The translations under genes and the position numbers were made by a program. From a virus: a DNA stretch of 64,000 nt. Under the pieces are notes generated by a model that saw nothing but the letters and a program-made list of their open reading frames with translations, searched no databases and was not told the DNA's origin. Shown here in pieces: positions 42,551 to 51,384 of the stretch (position 1 is the stretch's first letter; each line of letters begins with the position of its first letter). The stretch covers positions 54,565 to 118,564 of IMG/VR virus record IMGVR_UViG_3300011116_001048. One strand, given 5' to 3'.

Positions 42551-44497
42551 ATGCATTTACCTACACCTTATCAAGAGTTTATTCATCTTTCACGGTATTC
42601 ACGTTGGCTAGAGGAGGAAGGCCGTCGTGAGACTTGGGAAGAAACAGTTAATCGTTACTTTAACTATTTCGACAAGCACCTGAAAGAAAACACCAAGTGT
42701 AAACTGGATAAGGATACTCGTGAAGAGTTACGTCAAGCAGTTCTCAATCAAGAAGTCATGCCGTCCATGCGTTCACTGATGACCGCAGGCGAGGCTCTAG
42801 ACCGTGACAATACCGCAGGATACAACTGTTCATATGTTGCAGTAAATCGCGTTCGTGCTTTTGATGAAATTCTTTATATTTTAATGTGCGGTACTGGAGT
42901 AGGATTCTCCGTGGAGAGACAATATGTGGACAAACTACCTACAATCGCTGAGGAATTTACTGACTCAGATACGACAATCGTGGTCCAAGACAGCAAGGCT
43001 GGTTGGGCTAAGGCTTACAAGGAGCTTATCTCCTTACTCATTGGTGGTCAAATTCCACGATGGGACCTATCTAAAATACGCCCTGCTGGTGCCCGACTCA
43101 AAACTTTCGGAGGTCGTGCGTCTGGCCCAAAGCCACTGGATGATCTGTTTAGGTTCAGTGTGGATACATTTAGAAGAGCAGCAGGACGCAAACTCACCTC
43201 CATCGAATGCCACGATCTCGTCTGTAAAGTTGCGGAAGTTGTTGTGGTCGGAGGCGTCCGTCGATCAGCTCTTATCAGCCTTTCAAATCTTACCGATGAA
43301 CGGATGCGTGATGCTAAGACTGGAGCATGGTGGGAAGCTAATCCTCAAAGAGCACTTGCGAATAATAGTGTAGTGTACAAGGAGAAGCCAGAGATTGGTA
43401 CATTCATGGAAGAATGGGTGTCGTTGTACAAGAGCAAGAGTGGTGAGCGTGGTATCTTTAATCGTGATGCATGCCAGAAGACTGTAGCCAAACTAGGTGA
43501 CCGACGTGATGCTAGTTACGAGTTCGGTACCAATCCGTGCTCAGAAATTATTCTGCGAGATCGTGAGTTCTGCAATCTTACAGAAGTGATTGTTCGTCCC
43601 AACGATACCATGGAGACTCTGGCTCGTAAGGTTCGTCTTGCGTCTATTTTAGGCACATGGCAAGCCTCACTAACCAACTTCCCATATCTGTCCAGCGAAT
43701 GGAAGAAGAACTGTGAAGAAGAAGCCCTGCTGGGTGTATCACTCACAGGCATTCTAGACAATACTATGATGCGAGATCTACACGGTTTAAAGGCTAATCT
43801 GTCCAATCTCAAGGAGATGGCGATCAAGACTAACGCAGAATGGGCCAAGAAGCTTGGTATCAATCCTGCTGCAGCCATTACTTGTATCAAGCCAAGCGGT
43901 ACTGTTTCACAACTTACCGATGCGGCTTCAGGTATTCATCCTCGGCACAACGAGTATTACATTCGTACTGTTCGTGCAGACCGTAAAGATCCTCTGTGCC
44001 AGATGATGATTGACAAGGGATTTGTGCATGAGCCGTGCGTCATGAAGCCAGATTCAGTCATGGTATTCTCGTTTCCCATGAAGGCTGAAGGATCTGTTAC
44101 ACGTAATGACATGACTGCTATCGAACATCTAGAACTATGGCTAGCGTATCAACGCCACTGGTGTGAACACAAGCCATCAATTACGGTTAGTATACGAGAA
44201 GACGAATGGATGGAAGTTGGTGCATGGGTATATAAACATTTTGATGAAATTAGTGGTATTTCATTCTTGCCTTTAGATCTAGGATCATACAGGCAGGCTC
44301 CATATCAAGACTGTTCTAAACAAGAATACGAAGCACTTTTAGAAAAGATGCCTAAAAATATTGATTGGAGTGATTTAAAGAAATGGGAAAAAACCGACAA
44401 TACTGTAGGAACACAACAGTTTGCTTGTAGTGCTGGAGCATGCGAATTAGTGGATTTACAAGTAGATAATTCTAAAGATTTTCCCGTAATGAGATAA
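42551..44497 (+). CDS. nrdJ: Class II (adenosylcobalamin-dependent) ribonucleotide reductase
   Basis: RRETWEETV, PSMRSL, YNCS, GTGVGFS, GGVRRSALI, TNPCSEI, CIKPSGTVS, HKPSITV, C-terminal FACSAGACE; no small subunit follows. Confidence 0.94.
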   Translation: MHLPTPYQEFIHLSRYSRWLEEEGRRETWEETVNRYFNYFDKHLKENTKCKLDKDTREELRQAVLNQEVMPSMRSLMTAGEALDRDNTAGYNCSYVAVNRVRAFDEILYILMCGTGVGFSVERQYVDKLPTIAEEFTDSDTTIVVQDSKAGWAKAYKELISLLIGGQIPRWDLSKIRPAGARLKTFGGRASGPKPLDDLFRFSVDTFRRAAGRKLTSIECHDLVCKVAEVVVVGGVRRSALISLSNLTDERMRDAKTGAWWEANPQRALANNSVVYKEKPEIGTFMEEWVSLYKSKSGERGIFNRDACQKTVAKLGDRRDASYEFGTNPCSEIILRDREFCNLTEVIVRPNDTMETLARKVRLASILGTWQASLTNFPYLSSEWKKNCEEEALLGVSLTGILDNTMMRDLHGLKANLSNLKEMAIKTNAEWAKKLGINPAAAITCIKPSGTVSQLTDAASGIHPRHNEYYIRTVRADRKDPLCQMMIDKGFVHEPCVMKPDSVMVFSFPMKAEGSVTRNDMTAIEHLELWLAYQRHWCEHKPSITVSIREDEWMEVGAWVYKHFDEISGISFLPLDLGSYRQAPYQDCSKQEYEALLEKMPKNIDWSDLKKWEKTDNTVGTQQFACSAGACELVDLQVDNSKDFPVMR

Positions 44498-44504
44498 TTA
44501 AGTG

Positions 44505-44512
44505 TATAAATA
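44505..44512 (+). promoter_or_regulatory. T4-type late promoter of the HNH gene
   Basis: Perfect TATAAATA between the nrdJ stop and the HNH start; GAGG RBS follows. Confidence 0.75.
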
Positions 44513-44527
44513 CCTTTGAGGAAACTA

Positions 44528-45142
44528 ATGAATAAATGGGAACAACAAAAACAATTATGTTTATATAAAGGAAAAAGTTATATAAATCAAACTATAAATT
44601 CTTGGAAAATTATAGGATATCACTCCACAAAACAAAAGCCTTCCGGATCTGCGGTTTTGTGGTTGTGTGAATGTATAGAATGTGGAATTAAAAAATCACT
44701 ATATCCATATAGTATATTTTCTAACAAATCCAAAAAATGTTTTTCTTGTTCTATGAAAAACACAAAAGGTTGTAATAATCATAATTGGAAAGGTTTTGGG
44801 GATATACCTAGTTCAGTAATTACAGCTGCAAAAAATAATGCAAAAATTAGAAAAATAAAATTTAAATTAACTCCTAATTATTTGCAAAAATTGTGGTTAA
44901 AACAAAATAAAAAATGTGCATTATCTGGCGAAGAACTTGTAATGAGACCAAAATCTTTTAAAGGAAAGGATGCATGGAGTAATACAGCATCTTTAGATAG
45001 GATAGATTCAAAAAAAGGATACATTCCAGGAAATGTTCAATGGGTACATCCTATAGTAAATATGATGAAAAATCATTTTAATGAATTGTTGTTTTTAGAG
45101 TTTTGTGAAAAAATTTATAATTATAAAAAGGAGATACTATGA
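44528..45142 (+). mobile_element. Free-standing HNH (His-Me) homing endonuclease gene
   Basis: WLCECIECG..KCFSC N-terminus; KCALSG, ASLDRIDSKKGYIPGNVQWVHPIVNMMK; very AT-rich relative to nrdJ; own late promoter. Confidence 0.8.
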
Positions 45143-45420
45143 ATACTGATAACTTATTACTATTAAACTTTATCATTACTGTGGCACTAGCTTTTATAAT
45201 GTACCGTCAACACGTTGTTGGCAGTTTCAATCGTGAACGCGAGTCCGAAAACATCCACCAAGAAATCCGAAACAACATGGATTACGTGGACGGGCGTCTA
45301 AACAATTTTCAAGACCGTATTGACCGAGATATGCTGGATCTATACCGAGATCTACAAGACGTACAAGACAAGAATCCTAAAAAGAATCCCAAGGGAATAA
45401 ACTCTCGGATTCCGTTTTGA
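45139..45420 (+). CDS. Small membrane-anchored hypothetical protein
   Basis: LLLLNFIITVALAFIMY TM segment then coiled coil. Confidence 0.6.
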   Translation: MNTDNLLLLNFIITVALAFIMYRQHVVGSFNRERESENIHQEIRNNMDYVDGRLNNFQDRIDRDMLDLYRDLQDVQDKNPKKNPKGINSRIPF

Positions 45421-45441
45421 GTCTTGTTTGGTTTTGACATA

Positions 45442-45471
45442 AAAAAACCCGGTCTCACGACCGGGTTTTTT
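45442..45471. terminator. Bidirectional intrinsic terminator
   Basis: AAAAAACCCGGT-CTCACG-ACCGGGTTTTTT perfect inverted repeat where + and - transcription converge. Confidence 0.92.
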
Positions 45472-45472
45472 C

Positions 45473-46978
45473 TTATTGGCTCATACGTTTCTTTAATGTG
45501 TCTAGTGCCATCTTGTGGGCTTGACCATGTGTCATCTTAACACCTTGTTCTTGTGCTTGAGTCATCAATTTAATAACTTGGTGTTTCACAAAAGTTTCAG
45601 GATCACTGACTTTTTCTTGGGGTGTATCGGTTTCTGGTTCTAGATCTTCCACATCAGAAGAGTCTCCTACTCCGTATACTCCAGTAGGATTTTCACGACT
45701 GGCTATGTAATGAGCCATTCTTTTTTTGCCTTTTTTAGTTAAACCGTATGCAGAAGTTTCTATACTGACTTCTTCGTTAAACATTTTCATAAAGTGATTG
45801 TAGTATTGTTCTCGTAAACTCATTTCTGTTCCTTTTGTTTGTGTTTGTAACCAACTCATAAGTTGTGGATCATTACCGTAAGCGGCTTTAAACCCCTCAA
45901 CTCCACGTTCTTTTAGATCTTTTTCAGCCTGTAAAATTGTTTCTTGACTTAACTGACCAGTTTGGCGTTCTGTTTGTGTTTGTGCTTGTCTTAGCTTTTG
46001 ATATTGGGCGTTTGCTTGTGCTTGTTTGGCTTGTTGGCTGGTTCCCCATTCTTTGGTGGCTTTTTCTTGTTGGGCTGCACGACCTGCTTTACCGTAACCC
46101 AGTGTTTCTTTGGCCAGATCAATAGGTCCCATTTCTTCTGTTTCTTGTCTTGCTGTTATGGTTTTAGGGTCTGTTTTATCACCAACCCATTGAACACCAT
46201 CTGATCCTATACTCATTTTATTACCAAAATAACGGCCTAATTGCCAGCCGGTTTCAGCAGCAGTCGCCATAGCAGCAGGAACTCCTAACACTCTTCCTGC
46301 AATTCCTAATCCTCTACCTAAACCGCTTTTTCCCAAAGTCTGTATTGCTTTAGCAACGGGTTCTACCAGTTTGGTTTTAGCTAATTTAGATGTAGCATCA
46401 GTAACAACAGAGCCAACTTTTTGTCCTGCTTTATACCCTGTTAAATATCCACCAACAGATCCAACAATAGATCCAGCAACACCACCAAGAGCTTCCTGCC
46501 ATGAACCTTCTCCTGCTCCTATTGATCGTGCAAGAGCAGCACCAGCAGCCTCAGAAGGTTTAGCAGCAAGATTCATCAATCCTACACCACCAACAGCTCC
46601 AGGAATGCTTGGTTTGGCTCCGGTCAACCATCCACCACCAACTTGTCCTGCAGCCTCTATACCAGTTAGTGCCCAAGGATTAACCACACCCATGGCTTGT
46701 GCTGTTTTTTTAGCAGCCAATCCTGTTCCAACTTCTACTACTCCTTGAACTGCTGGAGCCAATTTTGATGGGAGATTAAGAGTGTCTTTTAGGTCAGGAG
46801 ATAAAGGTTCTGTTTTTGGTTTGGGGGCTAAAGCAGGATTAGTATTTCTTGTGTAATCTGGTTTTGGTTTAAACTTAGCGACAACATCTAAAACGGTGTC
46901 AACGACGCTTTCGTTTACTGATTTTTTAAAAATATTTCTGATGATATCAGTTTCGTCGTTTACAGGCAAGTTGTGCAT
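45473..46978 (-). CDS. Putative capsid-internal/ejected protein with glycine-zipper-like segments
   Basis: Start MHNLP at 46978 behind a late promoter; Ala/Gly-rich helices (GGVAGSIVGSVGGYLTG); VNE, LRE, FNE sites. Confidence 0.65.
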   Translation of the reverse strand: MHNLPVNDETDIIRNIFKKSVNESVVDTVLDVVAKFKPKPDYTRNTNPALAPKPKTEPLSPDLKDTLNLPSKLAPAVQGVVEVGTGLAAKKTAQAMGVVNPWALTGIEAAGQVGGGWLTGAKPSIPGAVGGVGLMNLAAKPSEAAGAALARSIGAGEGSWQEALGGVAGSIVGSVGGYLTGYKAGQKVGSVVTDATSKLAKTKLVEPVAKAIQTLGKSGLGRGLGIAGRVLGVPAAMATAAETGWQLGRYFGNKMSIGSDGVQWVGDKTDPKTITARQETEEMGPIDLAKETLGYGKAGRAAQQEKATKEWGTSQQAKQAQANAQYQKLRQAQTQTERQTGQLSQETILQAEKDLKERGVEGFKAAYGNDPQLMSWLQTQTKGTEMSLREQYYNHFMKMFNEEVSIETSAYGLTKKGKKRMAHYIASRENPTGVYGVGDSSDVEDLEPETDTPQEKVSDPETFVKHQVIKLMTQAQEQGVKMTHGQAHKMALDTLKKRMSQ

Positions 46979-47001
46979 GATTAGTCCTTTAACTCCAATA
47001 A

Positions 47002-47009
47002 TATTTATA
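47002..47009 (-). promoter_or_regulatory. T4-type late promoter (TATAAATA)
   Basis: TATTTATA on the + strand, 23 nt upstream of the ATG at 46978. Confidence 0.7.
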
Positions 47010-47042
47010 TTTTTTCCATTTCCTCGTATACATAATATTGAC

Positions 47043-47810
47043 ATGACACGGGCCACTGCAATCTTTACCGCAGTGATTCTAGCCTTCTTAACCGGATGCC
47101 AGAAGGATGCCAGTGTCTCCGGATCTCCCATCCCCACCGCCACCATCGATATTCCAAAGAGTATACGTAAACCAGACCCGTTCCCGGGGTTTCAAATTGT
47201 AGACCACAATACTCAAGATAAGTATGGTTGCGTGGGGCACGTACATAACGAACGGGGTGAATTTATTGGAAGTGGTGTGCTGATTGCCCCTTCGGTAGTT
47301 CTTACCGCTGGTCATGTGATTGACGGCGATGAATTAAAATTCTTTATTACTGGTGATAAAGCGTATATTATTGAAAAAACTATTCTTCATCCGCAGTATA
47401 AAAACGAAGAAGACGTTGTACACGATCTTGGATTATTGATATTAACGGAAGGATGTGATGAAACGCCAGCACAAATAATCCAAAACAGTTCAGAGCTGAC
47501 CCAAAGAGAACCTATCACAACAGTAGGTTATTCTCACCAAATAAAAAAAATCAGTAAACCAGGGACATTCTGGTATTACGGAACAGTTGAAGAAGAACCA
47601 CAATACATGAAGTTTCTTCCTATAAAAGGGCATATCTGGTTTGGTGATTCTGGTGGTGCCGTATTTGAAGATCATGGCCATCTAGCAGGAATTATATCTT
47701 CCATGACCGTTATAGACGAAACACTAATAGAACAATCAGCAACACGTTTAGACAGATATATTACTTGGATACAGGATACCATAGAACATGAAGGATGTTC
47801 ACTTAAATAA
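47043..47810 (+). CDS. Trypsin-like (S1) serine protease lipoprotein
   Basis: Signal peptide with lipobox LTGC; triad motifs VLTAGHV, HDLGLL, GDSGGAVF. Confidence 0.88.
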   Translation: MTRATAIFTAVILAFLTGCQKDASVSGSPIPTATIDIPKSIRKPDPFPGFQIVDHNTQDKYGCVGHVHNERGEFIGSGVLIAPSVVLTAGHVIDGDELKFFITGDKAYIIEKTILHPQYKNEEDVVHDLGLLILTEGCDETPAQIIQNSSELTQREPITTVGYSHQIKKISKPGTFWYYGTVEEEPQYMKFLPIKGHIWFGDSGGAVFEDHGHLAGIISSMTVIDETLIEQSATRLDRYITWIQDTIEHEGCSLK

Positions 47811-47883
47811 CTGGCAGAAAATTGTTATCTGTATTAACAGTTTCTTGATCGGAATGCTTATTGCACGAGCAATGGGTTTTTAA
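47788..47883 (+). CDS. Putative 31-aa membrane peptide
   Basis: MKDVHLNNWQKIVICINSFLIGMLIARAMGF*; fills the gap before the RuvC-like gene. Confidence 0.4.
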   Translation: MKDVHLNNWQKIVICINSFLIGMLIARAMGF

Positions 47884-47897
47884 CCTAAATATTATTG

Positions 47898-48449
47898 ATG
47901 TTAATTGCAGGTATAGATTATTCGCTAACTAGCCCCAGTATTTGCGTTTTTAACTCAGACGAACCGTTCTGTTTTAAACGTTGTGCGTTTTTCTTTTTGT
48001 CAGACGTAAAGAAAAATCAAACCATGTTTTTAAACAACATTTACGGAGAAGCGTTCCACGACTGGACCACCGATTTTTCACGATACGAAAACATTTCAGA
48101 CTGGGCCATGGAACATCTAGGTGTGTGTGAACAAGTAGCGATAGAAGGATACGCATTTGGTGCTAAAGGCAAAGTGTTCCACATAGCCGAAAATACTGGA
48201 GTTCTTAAATATAGGCTACACCAAGCAGGCATTCCTGTAGAAGTTATACCACCCAGTGCCATTAAAAAGCAAGCGTCAGGCAAGGGAAACGCTAACAAAG
48301 AAGAGATGTATAAAGCGTTTGTACGAGAGACGTTTGTAGACCTACAAAAAGTAATTAGTCCCGGAAAGAAAGATGTCGGAAACCCAGTTTCCGACATCGT
48401 AGACTCTTACTTTATATGTAAAGCTCTTTATCTTAAATTAAAGGCTTAG
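47898..48449 (+). CDS. RuvC-like Holliday junction resolvase
   Basis: IAGIDYS, VAIEGY, IAENTGVLK, PSAIKK.ASGKGNANKEEM, DIVDSY; CTAAATA late-like box 6 nt upstream. Confidence 0.85.
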   Translation: MLIAGIDYSLTSPSICVFNSDEPFCFKRCAFFFLSDVKKNQTMFLNNIYGEAFHDWTTDFSRYENISDWAMEHLGVCEQVAIEGYAFGAKGKVFHIAENTGVLKYRLHQAGIPVEVIPPSAIKKQASGKGNANKEEMYKAFVRETFVDLQKVISPGKKDVGNPVSDIVDSYFICKALYLKLKA

Positions 48450-48754
48450 TCTTTCTTCTTCTTTACTGCATTACGGACACTAGCGTAAAATACGCGAGTT
48501 CCTTTTTCTTTGCCGTATTGCTTGACCATATTTGCAAGCATTGATTTGTGTTCTTCAGCGTATTTTTCTTCTTCAGCAGAAAGTTGTTCCGATAAAGTTT
48601 TTGGAGTGCTGGCAGAAACTGCTGAAGCTCCAGCTTTAATATTGGTTTCTGCTTGGGGTACAATCCCTAAACGCTTGCGTTGCATTTCAGCTTCTGTTAC
48701 TTGTACTTTTTGAGCTTGACCTTGTAACCATGCGTTCATTATTCTTGGGTCCAT
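48446..48754 (-). CDS. Small late hypothetical protein
   Basis: Start MDPRIM at 48754 behind TATAAATA (48775-48782); VTE and LSE sites; basic tail KQYGKEKGTRVFYA. Confidence 0.65.
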   Translation of the reverse strand: MDPRIMNAWLQGQAQKVQVTEAEMQRKRLGIVPQAETNIKAGASAVSASTPKTLSEQLSAEEEKYAEEHKSMLANMVKQYGKEKGTRVFYASVRNAVKKKKD

Positions 48755-48777
48755 TTGTAGTATTCCTTTTCTATTAT

Positions 48778-49401
48778 TTATACGTTTCGTCTTCTTGGGG
48801 TTATAAATCCAGCAAGACCCAGTAAAAACACAGGTCCAGCGCAAGGAATGACTACGCCCGGTCCAAACCCACACCAATCTATGAAATTTCCTTGGGTGTT
48901 TCCACCAACAGCACTAACAGCTTCAAATGAAAACCGGGTGGTGTTTCCAATTGAAATTATAGTTCCGTAATGCACTTGCCATGCCGCATTACTAGCGGCA
49001 AAATCTTGCGAAAATATGGTAGTATCATCACCACCACCCCATGTTTGGTCTGCTCCAAGATCGGTAATGGACAATTTCATTACGTCGGTTCCGTAACGAC
49101 CACGGTGAGCAAAATGCCAGTTTATGGATTGGTAGTCTCCTAGTCCATTCACGTCTTGGTATAGTGTAGATGCGTAGTTAGCGTTTAGTTCTGCATGACG
49201 AGTGCCTTCATACGACGGAGTAGGCATGTACTCTCCCCAGATTTCAATAAGATTATCTGGGGCTGTAGTTTTCCATGGGGTATCTACTCCTCCTTGAACA
49301 AATCCGTAACCGTAATACACGTCATTACCTTCAAAACCACCATCAATTAAATCTCCAGACGCTGAAGTGGCGAGCAGTAGTGATGCTAGTAATTTTTTCA
49401 T
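48778..49401 (-). CDS. Secreted beta-sandwich protein with PEP-CTERM-like C-terminal sorting signal
   Basis: Signal peptide MKKLLASLLLATSASG; DGGFE..GNFID jelly-roll pattern; tail VIPCAGPVFLLGLAGFITPRRRNV. Confidence 0.75.
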   Translation of the reverse strand: MKKLLASLLLATSASGDLIDGGFEGNDVYYGYGFVQGGVDTPWKTTAPDNLIEIWGEYMPTPSYEGTRHAELNANYASTLYQDVNGLGDYQSINWHFAHRGRYGTDVMKLSITDLGADQTWGGGDDTTIFSQDFAASNAAWQVHYGTIISIGNTTRFSFEAVSAVGGNTQGNFIDWCGFGPGVVIPCAGPVFLLGLAGFITPRRRNV

Positions 49402-50201
49402 CAAACCATTCTCCTTCTTGGTGTATTAATTAAACTGAATGCAAATACAGATACTGAACCAGATGCCGGTACAGGTGAAATTTCCGTTCCTTGACCAAAT
49501 ACAAACGGACTGTCTTGAAAGTCTAAAAGAGGATATTGTACATTTGCCAGTAGTTCAGGTGTTACCATAAAAACTAAAGGAAAGTCGTAATCAGTAACAG
49601 ACGCAATAGTAATAGGAGGAACTACTGGTGGATCAACTATAAGTTTACCACCACTAACCGTATCTGTAACTATCTCTGTTTCACCCGGAACCCACGGTTT
49701 ATCCGAAACTTCTGCTTTAGTAATTTCTATTTTAGCTTGATTGATCTTGTCTAAATTTTCAAACTGTTGAAGCAATCCTGCAAAATCAACACCACCTTTT
49801 TGTGATTTACTGTTTCTGGCAGTTTTCTTTGGCTCTTTAGAAATTGGTGCTGAAGTTTCTTTTTTATCTGTTGGTGGTACAATTTCAGTTATTTTAGCTT
49901 GTACATTTTGTACTTGTTCTACTTTACTAAAAATTCGATCAAAAGCTTCTTGACCAAGAATGGTTACACCTATAGTTGTGGCTAGCTGGAAAGCAGACAG
50001 CGTTTTCTGTAGTTTGTTTATTTTAGTTTTGGCTTCTTTAAGTTCTTTGGCTACAGCTTGCTCTTTTTCTATACGAGCGTCTTCATGTGCTTGAGCACAC
50101 TCTTCCAAAGACTTTTTAACTTCTAAGCAAGATTCTTCTTTAAGTTTAATACAACTAGCACAATGTGGATGTTCACTCTGTACAGATTTTTTGTCTGCCA
50201 T
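49401..50201 (-). CDS. Coiled-coil membrane protein with PEP-CTERM-like tail
   Basis: Internal hydrophobic FQLATTIGVTILG; tail PVPASGSVSVFAFSLINTPRRRMV. Confidence 0.65.
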   Translation of the reverse strand: MADKKSVQSEHPHCASCIKLKEESCLEVKKSLEECAQAHEDARIEKEQAVAKELKEAKTKINKLQKTLSAFQLATTIGVTILGQEAFDRIFSKVEQVQNVQAKITEIVPPTDKKETSAPISKEPKKTARNSKSQKGGVDFAGLLQQFENLDKINQAKIEITKAEVSDKPWVPGETEIVTDTVSGGKLIVDPPVVPPITIASVTDYDFPLVFMVTPELLANVQYPLLDFQDSPFVFGQGTEISPVPASGSVSVFAFSLINTPRRRMV

Positions 50202-50232
50202 AGCTTCCCTTTCGTGTTGTAGTATTATTTAG

Positions 50233-50526
50233 TTATTGCTTTGGTTCAGAATTCTCGTTGAGTAGTTTTTGTTTGGCTTCTTCTAGCTTTTCTTCACACT
50301 CTGGGCACGGCCTCATAAACTGTTTCCATCCCCAAGTGACTACAAGAAATACTAGTGGAAGATACCACAGAATCCACTGCCAACCGGTTTGAAACGAGAT
50401 ATTGTTTTCAATTTCGTGATTTATTTTCTTAAGAATAACACTCTCCGAAGTTGTGTCTGGCACAATTTGTGGTGCTGTAGAGCAAGCGGTTAAGAGTGTG
50501 GTAGTTAATAGTGTTAGATATTTCAT
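50233..50526 (-). CDS. Lipoprotein with additional C-terminal TM helix
   Basis: Lipobox LTAC at residues 12-15; WQWILWYLPLVFLVVTWGW TM. Confidence 0.7.
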   Translation of the reverse strand: MKYLTLLTTTLLTACSTAPQIVPDTTSESVILKKINHEIENNISFQTGWQWILWYLPLVFLVVTWGWKQFMRPCPECEEKLEEAKQKLLNENSEPKQ

Positions 50527-50536
50527 GGGTTACTCC

Positions 50537-50971
50537 TTATGACTTGTTCGATGCAGCAGCAGATCCAAAGTAGAAACCGATAATGCTGAGAAGAATCTGT
50601 CGATTCTCACTGGTAAACAGGTATCCGTTAACTTCAACAAAGAACTTCTTGGTTGTTTCTGGGAAAAGACCAAACAGACCTTCTGGAGTTTTGGCATCAA
50701 CTTCTACGAAAGTTGGTACGCCGAAGAACGGAAGAACGAACGGTGCTAGAAATGTGGCAAACAAGGTTGCAAGCACAATTAGTTGACGAACACCTTTGCC
50801 TACATCTAGTGGTACTCGTTGTGCTGCTGCGTTTTGGTTCTCCGTGGTCTGCTTGTTAGCAGCCATAAGACGTTCAAACATCTCTTTTTGGTCTTGGGCC
50901 TTCTGGGCCATGTAGCGGAAAAGGAATCCGGTTGCAGATCCACCAATCAATGAAATTAATTCTGTCGGCAT
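50537..50971 (-). CDS. Membrane protein (holin-like)
   Basis: Hydrophobic segments LISLIGGSATGFLF, LIVLATLFATFLAPFVLPFF, ILLSIIGFYFGS. Confidence 0.6.
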   Translation of the reverse strand: MPTELISLIGGSATGFLFRYMAQKAQDQKEMFERLMAANKQTTENQNAAAQRVPLDVGKGVRQLIVLATLFATFLAPFVLPFFGVPTFVEVDAKTPEGLFGLFPETTKKFFVEVNGYLFTSENRQILLSIIGFYFGSAAASNKS

Positions 50972-50991
50972 AACAATCCTTTCTCAATAGA

Positions 50992-51384
50992 TCAATAGCT
51001 GTTTTCTTTGTCTGTAAAGTATTTATTAGGCTTCTTACGTCTAAAAATGGAATTTTTAGAAGTATGTCGTTTTTGGGCTTCTACTGGTATTGCTAGATCT
51101 TCCGGTTTTAATCCTGCAATACCGGCTACAACATTAGTAGGACCTGAAGATACTGCAGGACTAGCTCCAGCCCCTCCACCTTCTCCGTCTTCAAATAAAC
51201 GGCATGCGACCAGTTCACGTGTTACAATTTCAATAAATTGTTGTTTGTCACCACCTAAAAAGTCGCATTGCTCAGAAAATTCATTTAGTGCAGTATTCAG
51301 GTTGTTAGAGAATTGTGGTTTTGTAACTTCTTCGATAAATTTACAGGCAGTAAAAGTAGTGATTAATTTTGAAATGTTGTTCAT
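50992..51384 (-). CDS. Hypothetical late protein
   Basis: 130-aa ORF coupled to upstream gene; LNE/LFE then GGGAGASP..TNVVAG low-complexity tail. Confidence 0.65.
   Translation of the reverse strand: MNNISKLITTFTACKFIEEVTKPQFSNNLNTALNEFSEQCDFLGGDKQQFIEIVTRELVACRLFEDGEGGGAGASPAVSSGPTNVVAGIAGLKPEDLAIPVEAQKRHTSKNSIFRRKKPNKYFTDKENSY

Noticed and set aside
32801-44497. Inteins or group I introns in gp43, gp41, uvsX, thyX or nrdJ
   Set aside because: All ORFs are uninterrupted, of normal length, with motifs at expected spacing.
46896-47146. Long bidirectional overlap of the 557-aa and 304-aa ORFs
   Set aside because: Better starts at 46978 (behind TATAAATA) and 47043 (signal peptide) remove the overlap.
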